Assembly (NCBI GenBank): GCA_021604805.1
Contig: BQJR01000002.1
Location: 268,665 to 332,664 of the forward strand
Direction: 5' to 3'
Source: Planctomycetota bacterium
GTDB taxonomy: Bacteria; Planctomycetota; B15-G4
Length of the DNA: 64,000 bases
Shown here: positions 28,102-43,000 of the stretch, in pieces
How the letters are laid out: the number at the start of each line of letters is the position of its first letter
How positions within the stretch are numbered: the stretch's first letter is position 1
Translations under genes and position numbers: made by a program
The notes under the pieces: generated by a model
What the model was told of the DNA's origin: nothing
The model's input: only the letters and a program-made list of their open reading frames with translations
Databases searched by the model: none

Positions 28102-31100
28102 GATTGGGCCTCGTAGGCGCCGCGGTCGATGACCGCGTCCTGGAAGCCGTCACCGTTCACGATGCGCGGGTTGCCGTCGAGATCCACGCCTTCGATCGAC
28201 TGCGCGCCGGGCTGCTCCGAATCGATGTCCACGAAGTTGTAGCCGGTGTCGATGGCGGGCGAGTTGTTCGACAAGCGCAGGTTGCCACCCAGCAGCGACA
28301 CGAAGAGCGGGTCGGCCGTGTCGTTGCCCGGCCCCGGGAACAGGTACGTGGCGTTGCTGGGCGAGACCGCCACCGTGCAGAAGCGCACGGCGTTGAAGGC
28401 CAGCGAGGTGTTGCTGTAGAGGTCCGCGTTGATGATGAGGTCCGCCGAGACGGACTCACCCGGTGTCGGAGGCGTGAACTGCGCGTAGTTCGAGTTCAGG
28501 TAGAACAGGCTGTTCTCGATGCGCGGGTAGGGCTTGCTCGTCACCCCCGACGTGCCGATCTGCAGCCCCCCGGCGTGCACATCGCTCGTGCGCAGCCCGA
28601 TGTTGTAGGCGAAGGTGCAGTTCTGAACCACGAGCCGCGGGTCGTGCACGCTGCTGGTGCCGAAGATGGTCTGCTCCACGAACACCGCCCCGCCATCGCC
28701 CGACTGGTTCTTGAAGAAGCGCGAGTTGAGCAGCTCGAGCCGCGAGGTCGCGGTGGTGACCGCGTAGATGGCCCCGCCCTTTCGACGGTGGACCTGGTCG
28801 AAGTGCTCCGAGCTGGAGGCGCTGCTGCTCGTGAAGTTCCCCACGAAGTCGCAGGCCACCACGCGCGCTCCCTCGTGGGTGATGATCGCGCCGCCACCTC
28901 CTGCGGCGGACTCACTGTGGGCGAAGTTCGACTGGAAGGTGCAGCGCTCGAAGTGCGGGCGCGGGACGGTCCCGCCGGATCCGCCGGTGTAGGCTCCGCC
29001 GTTCTCGCCACGGTTCCCGATGAAGTCGCAGTCGGTGAAGCGGCTCGGAGCGATGCCGGAGTCCATCACGGCACCCGCCGAGTCCCCCGAGTTGAACGCG
29101 AAGGTGCAGTTCTCGAGCTCGGCGCTCCCCACGATCACGAGGCCACCCGTCTCGGTGCTCACGTTCCCCGAGATCAGCAGGTTGCGCAGCAGCGGTCGCC
29201 CGCGACTCACGAAGATAGGAGTCAGATTGACGCCGCCGGTGAGACTGAAGCCGTCGAGCGTGCCCGCGTGCTCGAGCGGGTCGGTGCTCTGCGGGAACAC
29301 GAAGAAGCCCGGGCCGACGGCGATGCTCGAGAGGTCGAGCACCGTGGCGTTGGTGCCGGGGTCGGGATCGCGCTGGGCGAGCTTCGTGTCACCGGGCTGG
29401 AAGCCGCCGAAGATCTGCACCTTGCCCACGTCGGGCATGCTCCAGGGGCCGTCGGTGTACAGGCCGCTGGTCGCCCAGATCTCGCCCACGTCGTTGCTCG
29501 GGTCGGCGTCGTCGTTGAGGGCCTCGGCCGTGTTGAGCGCCGAGTTGAGCGTTCGCGCGTTGTCCCAGCTGTCGCCGGAGTTGTCGCCGCCGCCCGAGGG
29601 CGTGACGTAGAAGCGCCGCGCCGGCACGAGCGGGTACGGGTCGTCGCTGTCGGACAGGCCGTCGCCGTCGCTGTCGGGGTTGCGCGGGTCGGTCTGCGCG
29701 AGACGCTCGTCGGGGTCGAGCAGGCCGTCGTGATCGGTGTCCTCGTTGCGCGCGTCCGACGTGACCAGCTTGCCCTCGTCGATCGCGCCGACGCCGAGGG
29801 TCCAGCCCTGCTTCGCCTCTTCGAAGTCGTTGAGGCCGTCGCCATCGCTGTCGGGGTCGTCGGGATCACTGCCGATGAGATCTTCCTCGGCGGACCACAG
29901 GCCGTCTTGGTCGAAGTCCGAGGTGTAGATCACGCGCACCGAGTCGCCCGCGAAGAGTCGCAAGCTCTCGAAGTCGACGTGCAGCACCTCCGGCACTTCG
30001 GGGTCGTTCGCAGTGAAGGCCGCGTCGAGGTCCACGTTGGGCATCACGATCCAGGCGGCGCGCACATCCCCCGTGCCCCCGTCGATCTCGTAACTCACAC
30101 CCTCCAGCTCGATGAGCGACGAGATGAGGCGCTGCTCCCCGTCGCCATTGACTCCCATGAGGGACGGCGTGCGCTGCTGGGTCACGTAGTCGAGACCGAG
30201 CACGTCGGTGAGCACCGTGCCGAGTTCCACGCCCAGGTACTCGAAGCCGTCGCGCTCCACGTTCGTGGCCACGCGCCGGCTGATCACTTCGCCGCCGCCG
30301 AAGTCGATCTCCACGAGCGCGGTCTGGGTGAACGTGTTTTGCGTGATGAAGTTGAAGTCGATGCCGTTCTGGTCGAGCAGATCGAAGGACGCCGGCTCGA
30401 AGACCAAGCTCGACGGGTCGGCCAGGAACTCCTTCACGATGTCGGGGTTGAGGTCGCCCGAGTCGAGCGTGAGGATCGGCGTGCTCTCACCCGGCGAGAG
30501 CGTCACGCTGCCGATGTCGGGCACCAAGGTGCCCAGCGCCTTGAACGACGCGCCGCCCTGCGTGCCGTCCACGGGATCGAACTTGAGCACCGAGACGCCG
30601 AGGTTGCTCAGCGTGTACGCGAAGAGGCTGTCGTTGACCACGCGGAAGGGCGCGGTGATCGAACCCGAAGCGCTCGACTCGGTGTAGGACTGCGAGTCGG
30701 ACACGTAGGCGGAATGCGTGGCCTCGGTGGACACCACCGACTCCGTCGAGCTCGTGAACTGCTTGCTCTTCGACACCTCCGACGACTTGCCGTAGTCGTA
30801 CGACGACCCGAGCTCCAGCGAGGTCGAGGCCGAGGGCGGGAAGCTGACCTCCGCGCTCCACGACCCGGTGATGGAGCTGCCCTGGTTCCACTGCGTGGAG
30901 CTGGCCTTGCTCGAGCTGCTGCCCTCCTCGCTGCCGACACTGAATGAGTCGCTGCTCGTGAGCGACGTCTCGTAGGCCACCTCGCCGCCCACCGACTCCT
31001 CGTAGGACACGTCGAGGCGGATGTCGATCTCGCCCTCGAGCGTGAGCGCGGCCGTGGGCAGCTCGGAGATGAGCGGGCTGAAGAACGGGTGGTCGACCTC

Positions 31101-31835
31101 CTCGAAGTCGGTGCGGCCGTCGCCATCGGTGTCAGCGAGTGTGGGTGAGGTGCGCGGGGTGCTCGGGTCGAGTTCCACGGAGTCGAACATGAACGCGTTC
31201 GGCGGCTGGTCCACGTTGGGGCCGCGCGCGTCGCTGTCGCTGTCCACGCTGTTCGGGTTGCTGAAGATGTGGTTCCACTCGAGCTCGTCGCTGAGCGTGT
31301 CGCCGTCGGTGTCGACCGCGCGCGGGTCGCTGCCGATGACGAACTCTTCGAGGTCGCCGAGGCCGTCGCCATCCGTGTCGGCCAGGTTCGGGTTGCTGGT
31401 GACGGTGCGCAGCGTGAGCAGGCTGCCTTCCGCCTCGGGGCCGTAGCCCTGCTCGTCGACGACGATGACCCAGCCGGCGGTCTCGAGCGCGTCGGAGAGG
31501 CCGTCGCCGTCGAAGTCGAAGGGCGAGCCCCCGCTGCCGGAGCCCAGGCCGCCGCCGCTGCCCAGCGTGCCGCCTTCGGTGGTCGGAGCGAGCGGTCCCG
31601 CGGCGTCCTGCGCGCGCCGCAGGGCGTTCTGCAGCGAGGCCGGCGCGAAGCTCTCGCCCGGCGCCACGCGTAGCTCGGGCAGCTTGTGCAAGCGGCCCAC
31701 GGCCTGGTCACTGATCGCGGGGACCTGCTCGCCGAGCGCGGGGGCTGGGTCGCGGGGAGCGTGCCTCGCCTGCGCGGCGAGCGGGCTTGCGGTGCACAGA
31801 GTGAGCGCGACGAACGCGGCCGAGAGACGCAGCAT
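28098..31835 (-). CDS. giant secreted beta-helix protein (Pmp-repeat GGA[IV]/FxxN) with thrombospondin type-3 Ca-binding repeats
   Basis: Signal peptide MLRLSAAFVALTLCTASPLAAQA. Multiple DxDxDGxxDxxE TSP3 repeats. GGAIYA/GGAVFV and FFKN/FAYN/FQSN/FIGN motifs, plus a C-terminal DIDGNPR...DRGAYE beta-helix cap. Confidence 0.8.
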   Translation of the reverse strand: MLRLSAAFVALTLCTASPLAAQARHAPRDPAPALGEQVPAISDQAVGRLHKLPELRVAPGESFAPASLQNALRRAQDAAGPLAPTTEGGTLGSGGGLGSGSGGSPFDFDGDGLSDALETAGWVIVVDEQGYGPEAEGSLLTLRTVTSNPNLADTDGDGLGDLEEFVIGSDPRAVDTDGDTLSDELEWNHIFSNPNSVDSDSDARGPNVDQPPNAFMFDSVELDPSTPRTSPTLADTDGDGRTDFEEVDHPFFSPLISELPTAALTLEGEIDIRLDVSYEESVGGEVAYETSLTSSDSFSVGSEEGSSSSKASSTQWNQGSSITGSWSAEVSFPPSASTSLELGSSYDYGKSSEVSKSKQFTSSTESVVSTEATHSAYVSDSQSYTESSASGSITAPFRVVNDSLFAYTLSNLGVSVLKFDPVDGTQGGASFKALGTLVPDIGSVTLSPGESTPILTLDSGDLNPDIVKEFLADPSSLVFEPASFDLLDQNGIDFNFITQNTFTQTALVEIDFGGGEVISRRVATNVERDGFEYLGVELGTVLTDVLGLDYVTQQRTPSLMGVNGDGEQRLISSLIELEGVSYEIDGGTGDVRAAWIVMPNVDLDAAFTANDPEVPEVLHVDFESLRLFAGDSVRVIYTSDFDQDGLWSAEEDLIGSDPDDPDSDGDGLNDFEEAKQGWTLGVGAIDEGKLVTSDARNEDTDHDGLLDPDERLAQTDPRNPDSDGDGLSDSDDPYPLVPARRFYVTPSGGGDNSGDSWDNARTLNSALNTAEALNDDADPSNDVGEIWATSGLYTDGPWSMPDVGKVQIFGGFQPGDTKLAQRDPDPGTNATVLDLSSIAVGPGFFVFPQSTDPLEHAGTLDGFSLTGGVNLTPIFVSRGRPLLRNLLISGNVSTETGGLVIVGSAELENCTFAFNSGDSAGAVMDSGIAPSRFTDCDFIGNRGENGGAYTGGSGGTVPRPHFERCTFQSNFAHSESAAGGGGAIITHEGARVVACDFVGNFTSSSASSSEHFDQVHRRKGGAIYAVTTATSRLELLNSRFFKNQSGDGGAVFVEQTIFGTSSVHDPRLVVQNCTFAYNIGLRTSDVHAGGLQIGTSGVTSKPYPRIENSLFYLNSNYAQFTPPTPGESVSADLIINADLYSNTSLAFNAVRFCTVAVSPSNATYLFPGPGNDTADPLFVSLLGGNLRLSNNSPAIDTGYNFVDIDSEQPGAQSIEGVDLDGNPRIVNGDGFQDAVIDRGAYEAQS

Positions 31836-31943
31836 GGGAGGTTTCCTGGCGGGTCGAGTGAGCGTCGACGCGGCACCCATGGCGCCGGTCGTCACCCGGA
31901 GCGGACGAATCGCTCGGACCCGGAAGAAAAAGTTTGGCGCCGC

Positions 31944-35497
<3,554 letters not shown>

Positions 35498-35501
<4 letters not shown>

Positions 35502-36073
35502 GCGGGAGGCGGGCGCTCCCCGGCGCCCTCGAGCTCGCGGTGCAGCCACGCGCGCGCGGCGCGCCAGTCGGTGCGCACGGTGCGGTCGGTGACGCCGAGC
35601 ACCTCGGCGGTCTCTTCCACGGTGAGCCCGCCGAAGAAGCGCAGCTCCACCACCTGGCTCGCGCGCGGGTCGAGCGCGGCGAAACGTTCCAGGGCCTCGC
35701 TCAGGTCGATCAGGTCGATGTCGTCGTGCCCGACGAGCAGCTCGGGGTGCAGCGTGACGCGCGCGCGCTGCTCGTCGCCACCGCGTCGCGTCGCCCGGCG
35801 CCGACGCGCGTGGTCGATGAGCACGCGTCGCATGCAGCGCGCGGCGATGGCCAGGAAGCGTTGACGATCACGCTCGACCACCGCCGTGGTGTCGATGAGT
35901 CGCAGGTAGGCCTCGTTCACCAACGCCGTGGCCTGCAGCGTGTGGCCCGCGCGTTCGTGCCCGATGATGCGCCCTGCGCGCTCGCGCAGCTCTTGCCACA
36001 CGAGCTCGACGAGCGGCGCTTCGTCGGCGTGGTGATCCTGCAGCAGGCGAGTGGCGAGGGGGTCGACGGACAT
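35498..36073 (-). CDS. ECF-type RNA polymerase sigma factor (STK-associated)
   Basis: ATG at 36071-36073. Region 2 (ALVNEAYLRL) and region 4 (VVELRFFGGLTVEETAEVLGVTDRTVRTDW) are present. Confidence 0.85.
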
Positions 36074-36162
36074 GCGCGCGGCGCGACGCTCCCGAGTGTG
36101 GACGTGGGCCGCCACTGTATCCGAGCGCTCCGCGAAGCGCTCCGCCGAGCGTCTCGACGAGC

Positions 36163-36525
36163 TCACAACCGCTCCGGATCCTCCACCGTGCGCGGGCCGC
36201 CCGCAGTCCCCGTGTTCACCGTGCTCGCTGGCTCGAACAGCAACACGTGCACCTCGCGTTCGGCCACGGGACGGTGCTCCACGCCGCGCGGCACCACGAG
36301 CAACTCGCCTTCGCGCAAGGTCACGCTGCGGTCGCGGTACTCCATCACGAGCTCGCCGTGCAGCACGAGGAAGAGCTCGTCTTCTTGTTCGTGGGCGTGC
36401 CACACGAACTCGCCCTGCAACTTGGCGAGCTTCACGTGCTGACCGTTGAGCTCGGCGATCAACTTGGGTTGCCAGTGCTCGGAGAAGGCGGCGAGCTTGT
36501 CGGCGAGACGAACAGGCTGGGTCAT
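36163..36525 (-). CDS. cupin-domain protein
   Basis: WHAHEQEDELFLVLHGELVMEY...GELLVVPRGVEHR matches the two-motif cupin signature. Confidence 0.75.
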   Translation of the reverse strand: MTQPVRLADKLAAFSEHWQPKLIAELNGQHVKLAKLQGEFVWHAHEQEDELFLVLHGELVMEYRDRSVTLREGELLVVPRGVEHRPVAEREVHVLLFEPASTVNTGTAGGPRTVEDPERL

Positions 36526-36627
36526 CGGGCGCTCCTCGGGCGGCGGCCACTCTCAGGTGAGCGGAGACTCGCTGAGCCTACGATTCGTCGACCGATCAGA
36601 GCGAGCTCGCTACGCCGCTAGGGTCGC

Positions 36628-37503
36628 TCAGAGGTAGACGCACTCGAAGATGGTCGAGCCCGCCCCCAGGACCGAGTTGTCGGCCCGCGCGCGTTCGACG
36701 ATCTCACTCGGCGTGCGCCCGCCCAACTCGAGGAGCTCGTGTGACATGTGCGATTGGTCGACGTACCCGCAGTGCGTGGCGATCTGCGCGAGGCCCTGCG
36801 TTCCAGCACGACAATGTCTGAGGGCGCGCTGAAAGCGCATCACGCGCGCGAAGTGCTTGGGAGCGAGGCCCACCTGTGCGCGAAAACGGCGCGTGAAGTG
36901 CCGCCCCGAGACACCGAAGGCCTCCGCGAGTTCGCTCACGCGCGTGCGCCCCGCGTCGTGCACGAGGCGCTGCACGGCGGCGCGCACCATGGGGACACGC
37001 GCGTCCGACGCGTCGCTCGCCAGTTGCTCGAGCAGTGCGAACGCAGCGTGGGTGCGCCCGGCCTCGTCGACCGCAGCATCGAAGAGCTCCACGAAGGCCT
37101 CCAAGCGCGAGCGCACGACGAGCTGCTCGAGATCCGCGTAGCAGTCGAGCGCGCCGACACAGCCGGGGAACAACTCGCGCAAGGCCCACGGATAGAGACT
37201 CACCACGAGCAAGCCGACACGTCCACCCACGAAAGGATGCACCGCACGCGTGCGCTGGCCGCTCACGTAGAAGCGCGGCAGCGACTGCACCCCGCCGGGC
37301 TCCAGGTGCACGATCGGGTCGCCATAGTTGAGGATCATCTCCACGGTGCCCGTGGGCATCACGGCGCGCGGCTCGGGCCTCGGCTCGCCCGCGTCCTGCT
37401 CCAGGACCCAGCTGCGCTCGACGAGTGCCCTTAGAGACCTCGGCACCTGTGGCGACGACGGCGTGCGTGGCACGGACCGCGGGTGTTGCGAAGAGTGTGT
37501 CAT
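36628..37503 (-). CDS. AraC-family transcriptional regulator
   Basis: C-terminal HTH pair (VSELAEAFGVSGRHFTRRFRAQVGLAPKHF...IATHCGYVDQSHMSHEL). ATG at 37501-37503. Confidence 0.85.
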   Translation of the reverse strand: MTHSSQHPRSVPRTPSSPQVPRSLRALVERSWVLEQDAGEPRPEPRAVMPTGTVEMILNYGDPIVHLEPGGVQSLPRFYVSGQRTRAVHPFVGGRVGLLVVSLYPWALRELFPGCVGALDCYADLEQLVVRSRLEAFVELFDAAVDEAGRTHAAFALLEQLASDASDARVPMVRAAVQRLVHDAGRTRVSELAEAFGVSGRHFTRRFRAQVGLAPKHFARVMRFQRALRHCRAGTQGLAQIATHCGYVDQSHMSHELLELGGRTPSEIVERARADNSVLGAGSTIFECVYL

Positions 37504-38714
37504 CGCGCAGGCTCTACGCGCACTCCCGGCGTGGGCGTCACGCGCGCCGTGATCCCCCACCCGCCGAAGTCTTCGGTGACGGCGACGGCGAGTTCGTTCG
37601 TGCCCGCGCGCAGCGGCAAGACCAGCGTGTCGTAGAGCCCGATGGTGCCGAGGAAGCGGTAGTCCTGTGCGCGATAGGTCTGGTTGCCGCGGAACAACAA
37701 CTCGCCGTTGAGGTAGAGCGCGGCGCGATCGCTGTAGCCGAGTTCGAGTTCCACGCGGCGCGCTCGGTCGGCGTGCAGCCACGCGCGAGCGAGCACGGTG
37801 CGCGGTCCGCCCGGCTCCACGGCCTCGGCCAGGTTCGCGATGCCTCGGATGCGCGCGTTCACGACGCGACGTGTCGGCGCGAGCACTTCGAGGTCGAGCG
37901 GAGCGTTCGACCGCGCGGCGGACTTCGGGTCCTGCTGCGCGTCGGGTTGCCCGTCCGGTGACGGACCGTGCAACGCGTCGGAAGCCGTGTTGAGCAGATC
38001 TCCGTCGAAAGCGCTCGACACCGCCCAGGCTTCGATCAGGCCAGGTCGTGGCGACGCGTCGCCCAGGGGACCGTCACTGAGAACAAGCTCCGCCTGCCTG
38101 TCGACGCTGAAGTTCGCGAACCACGCGGGTGTGGTGTTCGCGCTCAACCCGATCGCACCTCCGCGCGCGCCGTGCAACAACGGACGCACGCGCAACACAG
38201 GCACCGCGCTGTCCACGTAGATGTCAGCGCCTTGCTCCGCCACCACCACGCGCACGTGTTGCCAAGCGTCGAAACGATGCACCAAGGGCGCGGCGAAGTC
38301 CGGTCCGTAACACAGTTGCCATGACGCGTGCCCGTTCACCACAGGTTGGTACTGACTCGCGTCGGGATTGCCCGATTGATGCGGACGCAGATAAAAGTGC
38401 TCGTAGTTCGCGGCGTCGCTCATGTGGAACACGAGGCCGACGAAACCGCGCGCCTCACCGAAGGCCACGTCGAACTCGATCACGCCGCGCGCGAACTCCA
38501 GGTCGTTCACGAGCGCACGCCCCTGCTCGAGAAACAACGCCTCGGCGCCCAGGTGCTCCACGAACTCTGCGCGCCGCGCGTTGAGCCGCCAAGCTGCGGC
38601 GGTCATCGGCACGGGAACTGGCGTTCGCGACGACTCGCCCCCCTGCGGCAACAGAGCGCCCTGCGCTAGCGTGACAGGCGCCGCACAGGCGACTCCCAAG
38701 AGGACGCCGAGCAA
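37500..38714 (-). CDS. hypothetical secreted protein
   Basis: Signal peptide MLGVLLGVACAAPVTLAQG. 404 aa. 4-bp overlap with the AraC gene. No recognisable domain. Confidence 0.55.
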   Translation of the reverse strand: MLGVLLGVACAAPVTLAQGALLPQGGESSRTPVPVPMTAAAWRLNARRAEFVEHLGAEALFLEQGRALVNDLEFARGVIEFDVAFGEARGFVGLVFHMSDAANYEHFYLRPHQSGNPDASQYQPVVNGHASWQLCYGPDFAAPLVHRFDAWQHVRVVVAEQGADIYVDSAVPVLRVRPLLHGARGGAIGLSANTTPAWFANFSVDRQAELVLSDGPLGDASPRPGLIEAWAVSSAFDGDLLNTASDALHGPSPDGQPDAQQDPKSAARSNAPLDLEVLAPTRRVVNARIRGIANLAEAVEPGGPRTVLARAWLHADRARRVELELGYSDRAALYLNGELLFRGNQTYRAQDYRFLGTIGLYDTLVLPLRAGTNELAVAVTEDFGGWGITARVTPTPGVRVEPAR

Positions 38715-38920
38715 CAGCGAGTTCGCGCGCGTGGTCGTGAGGATGGGACAGTCTCCTGTGCGGGCTCGCCGGGCCTCGATGCGAACGATGATCGCAGAAC
38801 CCAGCGCATTCGGGGACTCGACGCTGCGGCCAAAGCATGTCCGTTTCCTACAAGACCTCTGAGCTCACCCACGCTTGGATGACGCGCCCACTTCCCCAAG
38901 ACGCAGGAGGACGCCCGACG

Positions 38921-40039
38921 ATGCTCGCCACCCGACACACGATCCTGCGAGCCGTGGTGCTGATCGCGGCAACGCTCGCGCTCACCACCGCGACCGCGCG
39001 CACGCAAGACACGACCGGCGACCCCTTCGTGTGGACCTTCTCCGAACTCGCGCCCGGCGTGTGGGCCGGCGTGCGCGAGGACATGGGCCGCACGCCGGTG
39101 ATGGGCAGCACGCTCTTCGTGATCGGCGACGAAGGCGTGGTGGTGTTCGACGGCGGCGGCGCCGCGCTGATGAGTGAACGACTCATCGCGAAGATCCGCG
39201 AACTCACTGAGCTGCCCGTCACGCACGTAGTGATCAGTCATTGGCACGGCGACCACAACTTCGGCGTGCACCGTTTCCGCGACGAGTTCCCTGGCGTGCA
39301 GTTCGTGGCGCACCGCTTCACGCGCGCCGCCATGACCGGCCCGCGCATGGACTACCTCGCCGACCAAGCGCAGCAAGTGCCACGCTTGCGTGCCGGTTAC
39401 GCGCCGCTGCTGGAGTCCGGCCGCAACGGGCGCGGCGACGAAGTCCCCGAGTTCAAGCTCGCGCGCATGCGTCAGTTCCTCGCGGACGCCGAGCTGATCC
39501 ACGCCGAGAACCAACGCCTCGCCGTCACGCTCCCCACGCTGAGCTTCGACGACTCACTCACGATCCACTCCGGCGCACGTCGCATCGAGCTGCTGTTCCT
39601 CGGCGACGGCAACACCGCCGGCGACCTCGTGCTGTGGCTGCCCGAGGAACGCATCGTGGCCACCGGCGACCTCGTGGTGCACCCCACGCCCTACGGCTTC
39701 AACGTGCCCCCCGCGCGCTGGGCGCAAAGCCTGCGCCGCCTGCAAGCGCTCGACTACCGCGTGCTCGTTCCAGGGCACGGCGAGATCCAACGCGACATGA
39801 GTTACGTGGGCTTGCTCATCGAGGTCTGCGACGCGATCGTGGCGCAACGTGAGAGCTTGCTCGCCGAAGGTGTCACCCTCGAAGAGCTCCCCGCGCGACT
39901 CGACCTGTCGGCTTTCGTGACGCGCTTCACCCACGGCGACCCCGACCTCACCGACACGCTGCGCATCTGGTTCATGCGTCCGATCCGCGCCGCCGCATCG
40001 AAAGAGCTCGAGCCCGGCCCGATGGTCGAGGTGCGCTGA
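38921..40039 (+). CDS. MBL-fold metallo-hydrolase (secreted)
   Basis: Signal peptide, then the HVVISHWHGDHNFG metal-binding motif, with further His/Asp downstream. Confidence 0.8.
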   Translation: MLATRHTILRAVVLIAATLALTTATARTQDTTGDPFVWTFSELAPGVWAGVREDMGRTPVMGSTLFVIGDEGVVVFDGGGAALMSERLIAKIRELTELPVTHVVISHWHGDHNFGVHRFRDEFPGVQFVAHRFTRAAMTGPRMDYLADQAQQVPRLRAGYAPLLESGRNGRGDEVPEFKLARMRQFLADAELIHAENQRLAVTLPTLSFDDSLTIHSGARRIELLFLGDGNTAGDLVLWLPEERIVATGDLVVHPTPYGFNVPPARWAQSLRRLQALDYRVLVPGHGEIQRDMSYVGLLIEVCDAIVAQRESLLAEGVTLEELPARLDLSAFVTRFTHGDPDLTDTLRIWFMRPIRAAASKELEPGPMVEVR

Positions 40040-40061
40040 GCGAGCCCCACCTCCCCGGGAC

Positions 40062-43000
40062 TCAGCCCGCCGAAGCCCCCGCGAGCGCCTCGAGCACCGC
40101 CAGCAATCCGTAGCCGCCCGAGGGGATCAGCACGGCCTTGAGCGCGGGATTCCCGAACCAAGACCCGAAGGCGCCGACATGAATCGCGTCGGCCTCACTC
40201 ATCAGCAGCTCGAAGCTCTTCGCTTCCTGGGTGCACTCACGCGCATGCAGACGTGAGAGCCGAGCTTTCATGCGCGCGCGCAGGCGAGCGCGAGCACCTT
40301 GCGCGGCCGTGGTGAGCGTGATGCTGGACGCCAAGGCCAAGGTGGCCATGAGCACGAACACGATCGCCAGTGACAGTGGCGTGGTCCACTTGTCGAAGAT
40401 GGAGTGTCGCGCCAGCATCATCAGCAGCAGGATCACGAACGGGAGTTGAATCAGGCGCTCCACGACTCGCGTACGCCGCGCGATGAACTCCAGCGTGAGG
40501 AACTCCTTGAGTAACTTCGCTTTCAGCCCGCGCTTGCGGGCCAGCGAGGACGCCCGCGCACTCTTCCCAGCAGGCCATCGCGAGGAGGCTCGACTCACAG
40601 CATCCACGAACTGTGCGGCCAAGCGCGTGGCATCGATCACGAAGAAAGTGAGCACGAGCAGCAGGCCCACGCTGAGGATCAACACGACCTTGTCGGTGAT
40701 GAGCGAGACCGAACCGCGATAGGGCGTCTGCGGGAACCCGAACAGAGCCATCAGCGAGAACGCGAGCAGCATGTAGCTGATCGCCATGGGCAGCACGCGC
40801 GCGAAACGATTCCCCGGACGACTCAAGCGCATGTACTCGATCCAGCACTCTTCGATGCTGGTCTTGGGTCTCGCTCGGCGTGTGAATCGCGTCCAGCGTT
40901 CGATGCTGATACGACGCCGCCGAGACCAGAGTTGCGAGAACCAGTTGTGCGTGTCGTCGGGGTCACGCGACCACCAGCGTCTCTCAGGTGCGGTCGATGA
41001 ATCGGGGAGGCCGTAGCGGCGGGCGAGTTTCGTCTGATTGCTCTGCAGCGCTTTGCAGGAGGCGGCGAGCATCACGCAGGCGAGCACGGCACTCAGGAAG
41101 CGGAGGATCTCGGTGGGCCAGATGCTCACACCCGCGGCCAGCTCGAAGGGTTCTCCACCGCCGGAGCCGCTGTCCTTGACGATGACGGCAGTAAGCGCCG
41201 CCGCCGCAACGAGAATCAACAGCAAGGCCTTCGCCACGAACACACGCTCTCTCCGAATCGTCTTGCGCACGCTGTGATTGACCGACACAAGGAACAGCGA
41301 GCCGAGCACCAGCACGATCACGAAGTTGAAAGTTCGCCCTCGCCACGGCACCCCGCGGTCAGGCCTGGGGTGGACACCGTTCTTGGTGGTGAACGGCGAG
41401 ATGTCCACCAGCTGCTTGCGGCCGACTTCGAAAACTCGCGGCGTGGCGACCGCGTCCACGACCTTCGCCCAGAGCGTGTGACTCTGGGTGGGAGGAAGCA
41501 GCGCGAGCCGCGCAGCCATGAAATCCGCGGATTGATAACCGTCGCGGAAAGGTGCGTTGGCGCCGCCCACCGAGCGCGAGAGCGTGAGACCGTAGCTCGA
41601 CGCGATGATCAGGTTGCGGTTCTCGGAGTTGTGCTCGCGTTGCAGGTAGCGCGCGTCGGCCCCCGTGGTGAAGAACACCGCATCGGGAAACTGTTCGTGC
41701 AAGGCCGAGATGATGAGTTGCTTGTCGTAGAAGTCGCTGCCCAGGACACCGATGGCGAGTCGACCACCACGCCCTGCCCGATCGCGCGCCTGCTTCACGG
41801 AGCGCAACTCGTTCGCGAGTCGGCGCAGTTGGTCTTGGCGTTCGGGGCCGATGGAAGGCTCAGCGATCCCTGACTGAGCGTTGACGACCTCCTGGAAGTT
41901 GTCGGCAGAGAACGCGTCCTTGTCCAAAGGATCCGAGTTCCTGCTGTTGCTGGGCTCGCGTGACTGTGCGGAGGTGCGAGATGTCCGACCGTCGAGCCCG
42001 CGCAGGTACGTCACGTGTTGAAACGGCCCACCCGGTCGGCCACTCCCCGGATGCGCGACGAAGCCCGCGACCTTGCGATCCCACTCCTTGCGATCGGCCA
42101 CACCATCGCCTGAGAGCGGTGCGGGGTGCGACACGCGGTAGCGCGCCGCCGCCTCGAGCACCGTCGGGAGCGCGCGCCCGTACACGGTGTCCCACTCCGA
42201 GAGCAGCACGACGTGATCCCGTGCGCGATAGTTCCCGTCGAAGGGGCGGACACCGCGGCGCGCGAGCTCGTCGACCAGAGTGAGCGCAAGCTGGTGATCC
42301 TGAGCGATCGTCGAGCGGAACCACGGACTGCCGGGTCGCTTGAGAAAGGGGTCGAGTTCGGTCGAGTTCGAATTCGCCAACAACTCTTGCAGCCCAGGGT
42401 GAGTCGCCACGAGCTCGCGCGGAGCCGAGGCTCGCGGCGAGAAGATCTGGAGCGCGCTGAGTAGCTCTTCAGGACGCAGGCTGTGCTTGGGAGCTGCTTC
42501 ACACCACAGCTCGACAACGCTGCGCGCCCAATACGGATCGCTGTCTTTGACATCCGGGTAGCGTTGCTCCAACTTGCGCGCGAGCTCACTGCGCGCATTG
42601 AGTTGCGCGACGATCGGCCCTGACAGGGACGACTCGTTCAGCCAGTCCGTCGCATCGATGAAGTCTTGGTGCCCGAAGTCCGTCGCCCCGACCTGACCGG
42701 CAGACTTGGCAGGAGAATCCGGCAGGCCCTGATCGAGATAGGTGCCTGCTTCGCGCAGCACTTCTTCGATAAGGGTTCGCCTCCAAGCGTCAAAGTCGTG
42801 AGGGCCCGGTGCCGCACGAATGGTGAAACGCACAAAGCGCGACCCGATCGTTTCGGCCCAATTCAGGTCCCTGTCAACGACGTCCGGGAACGCGCTCATC
42901 AGAGCATCTTCCAGCTGTCCCGAGCTCTGCCGGTTCAACCACACTTCGAAGTCCTGAGAGTCAGCCATGTCCCAACGGGCGAGTTGCGAAACCAACTCCC

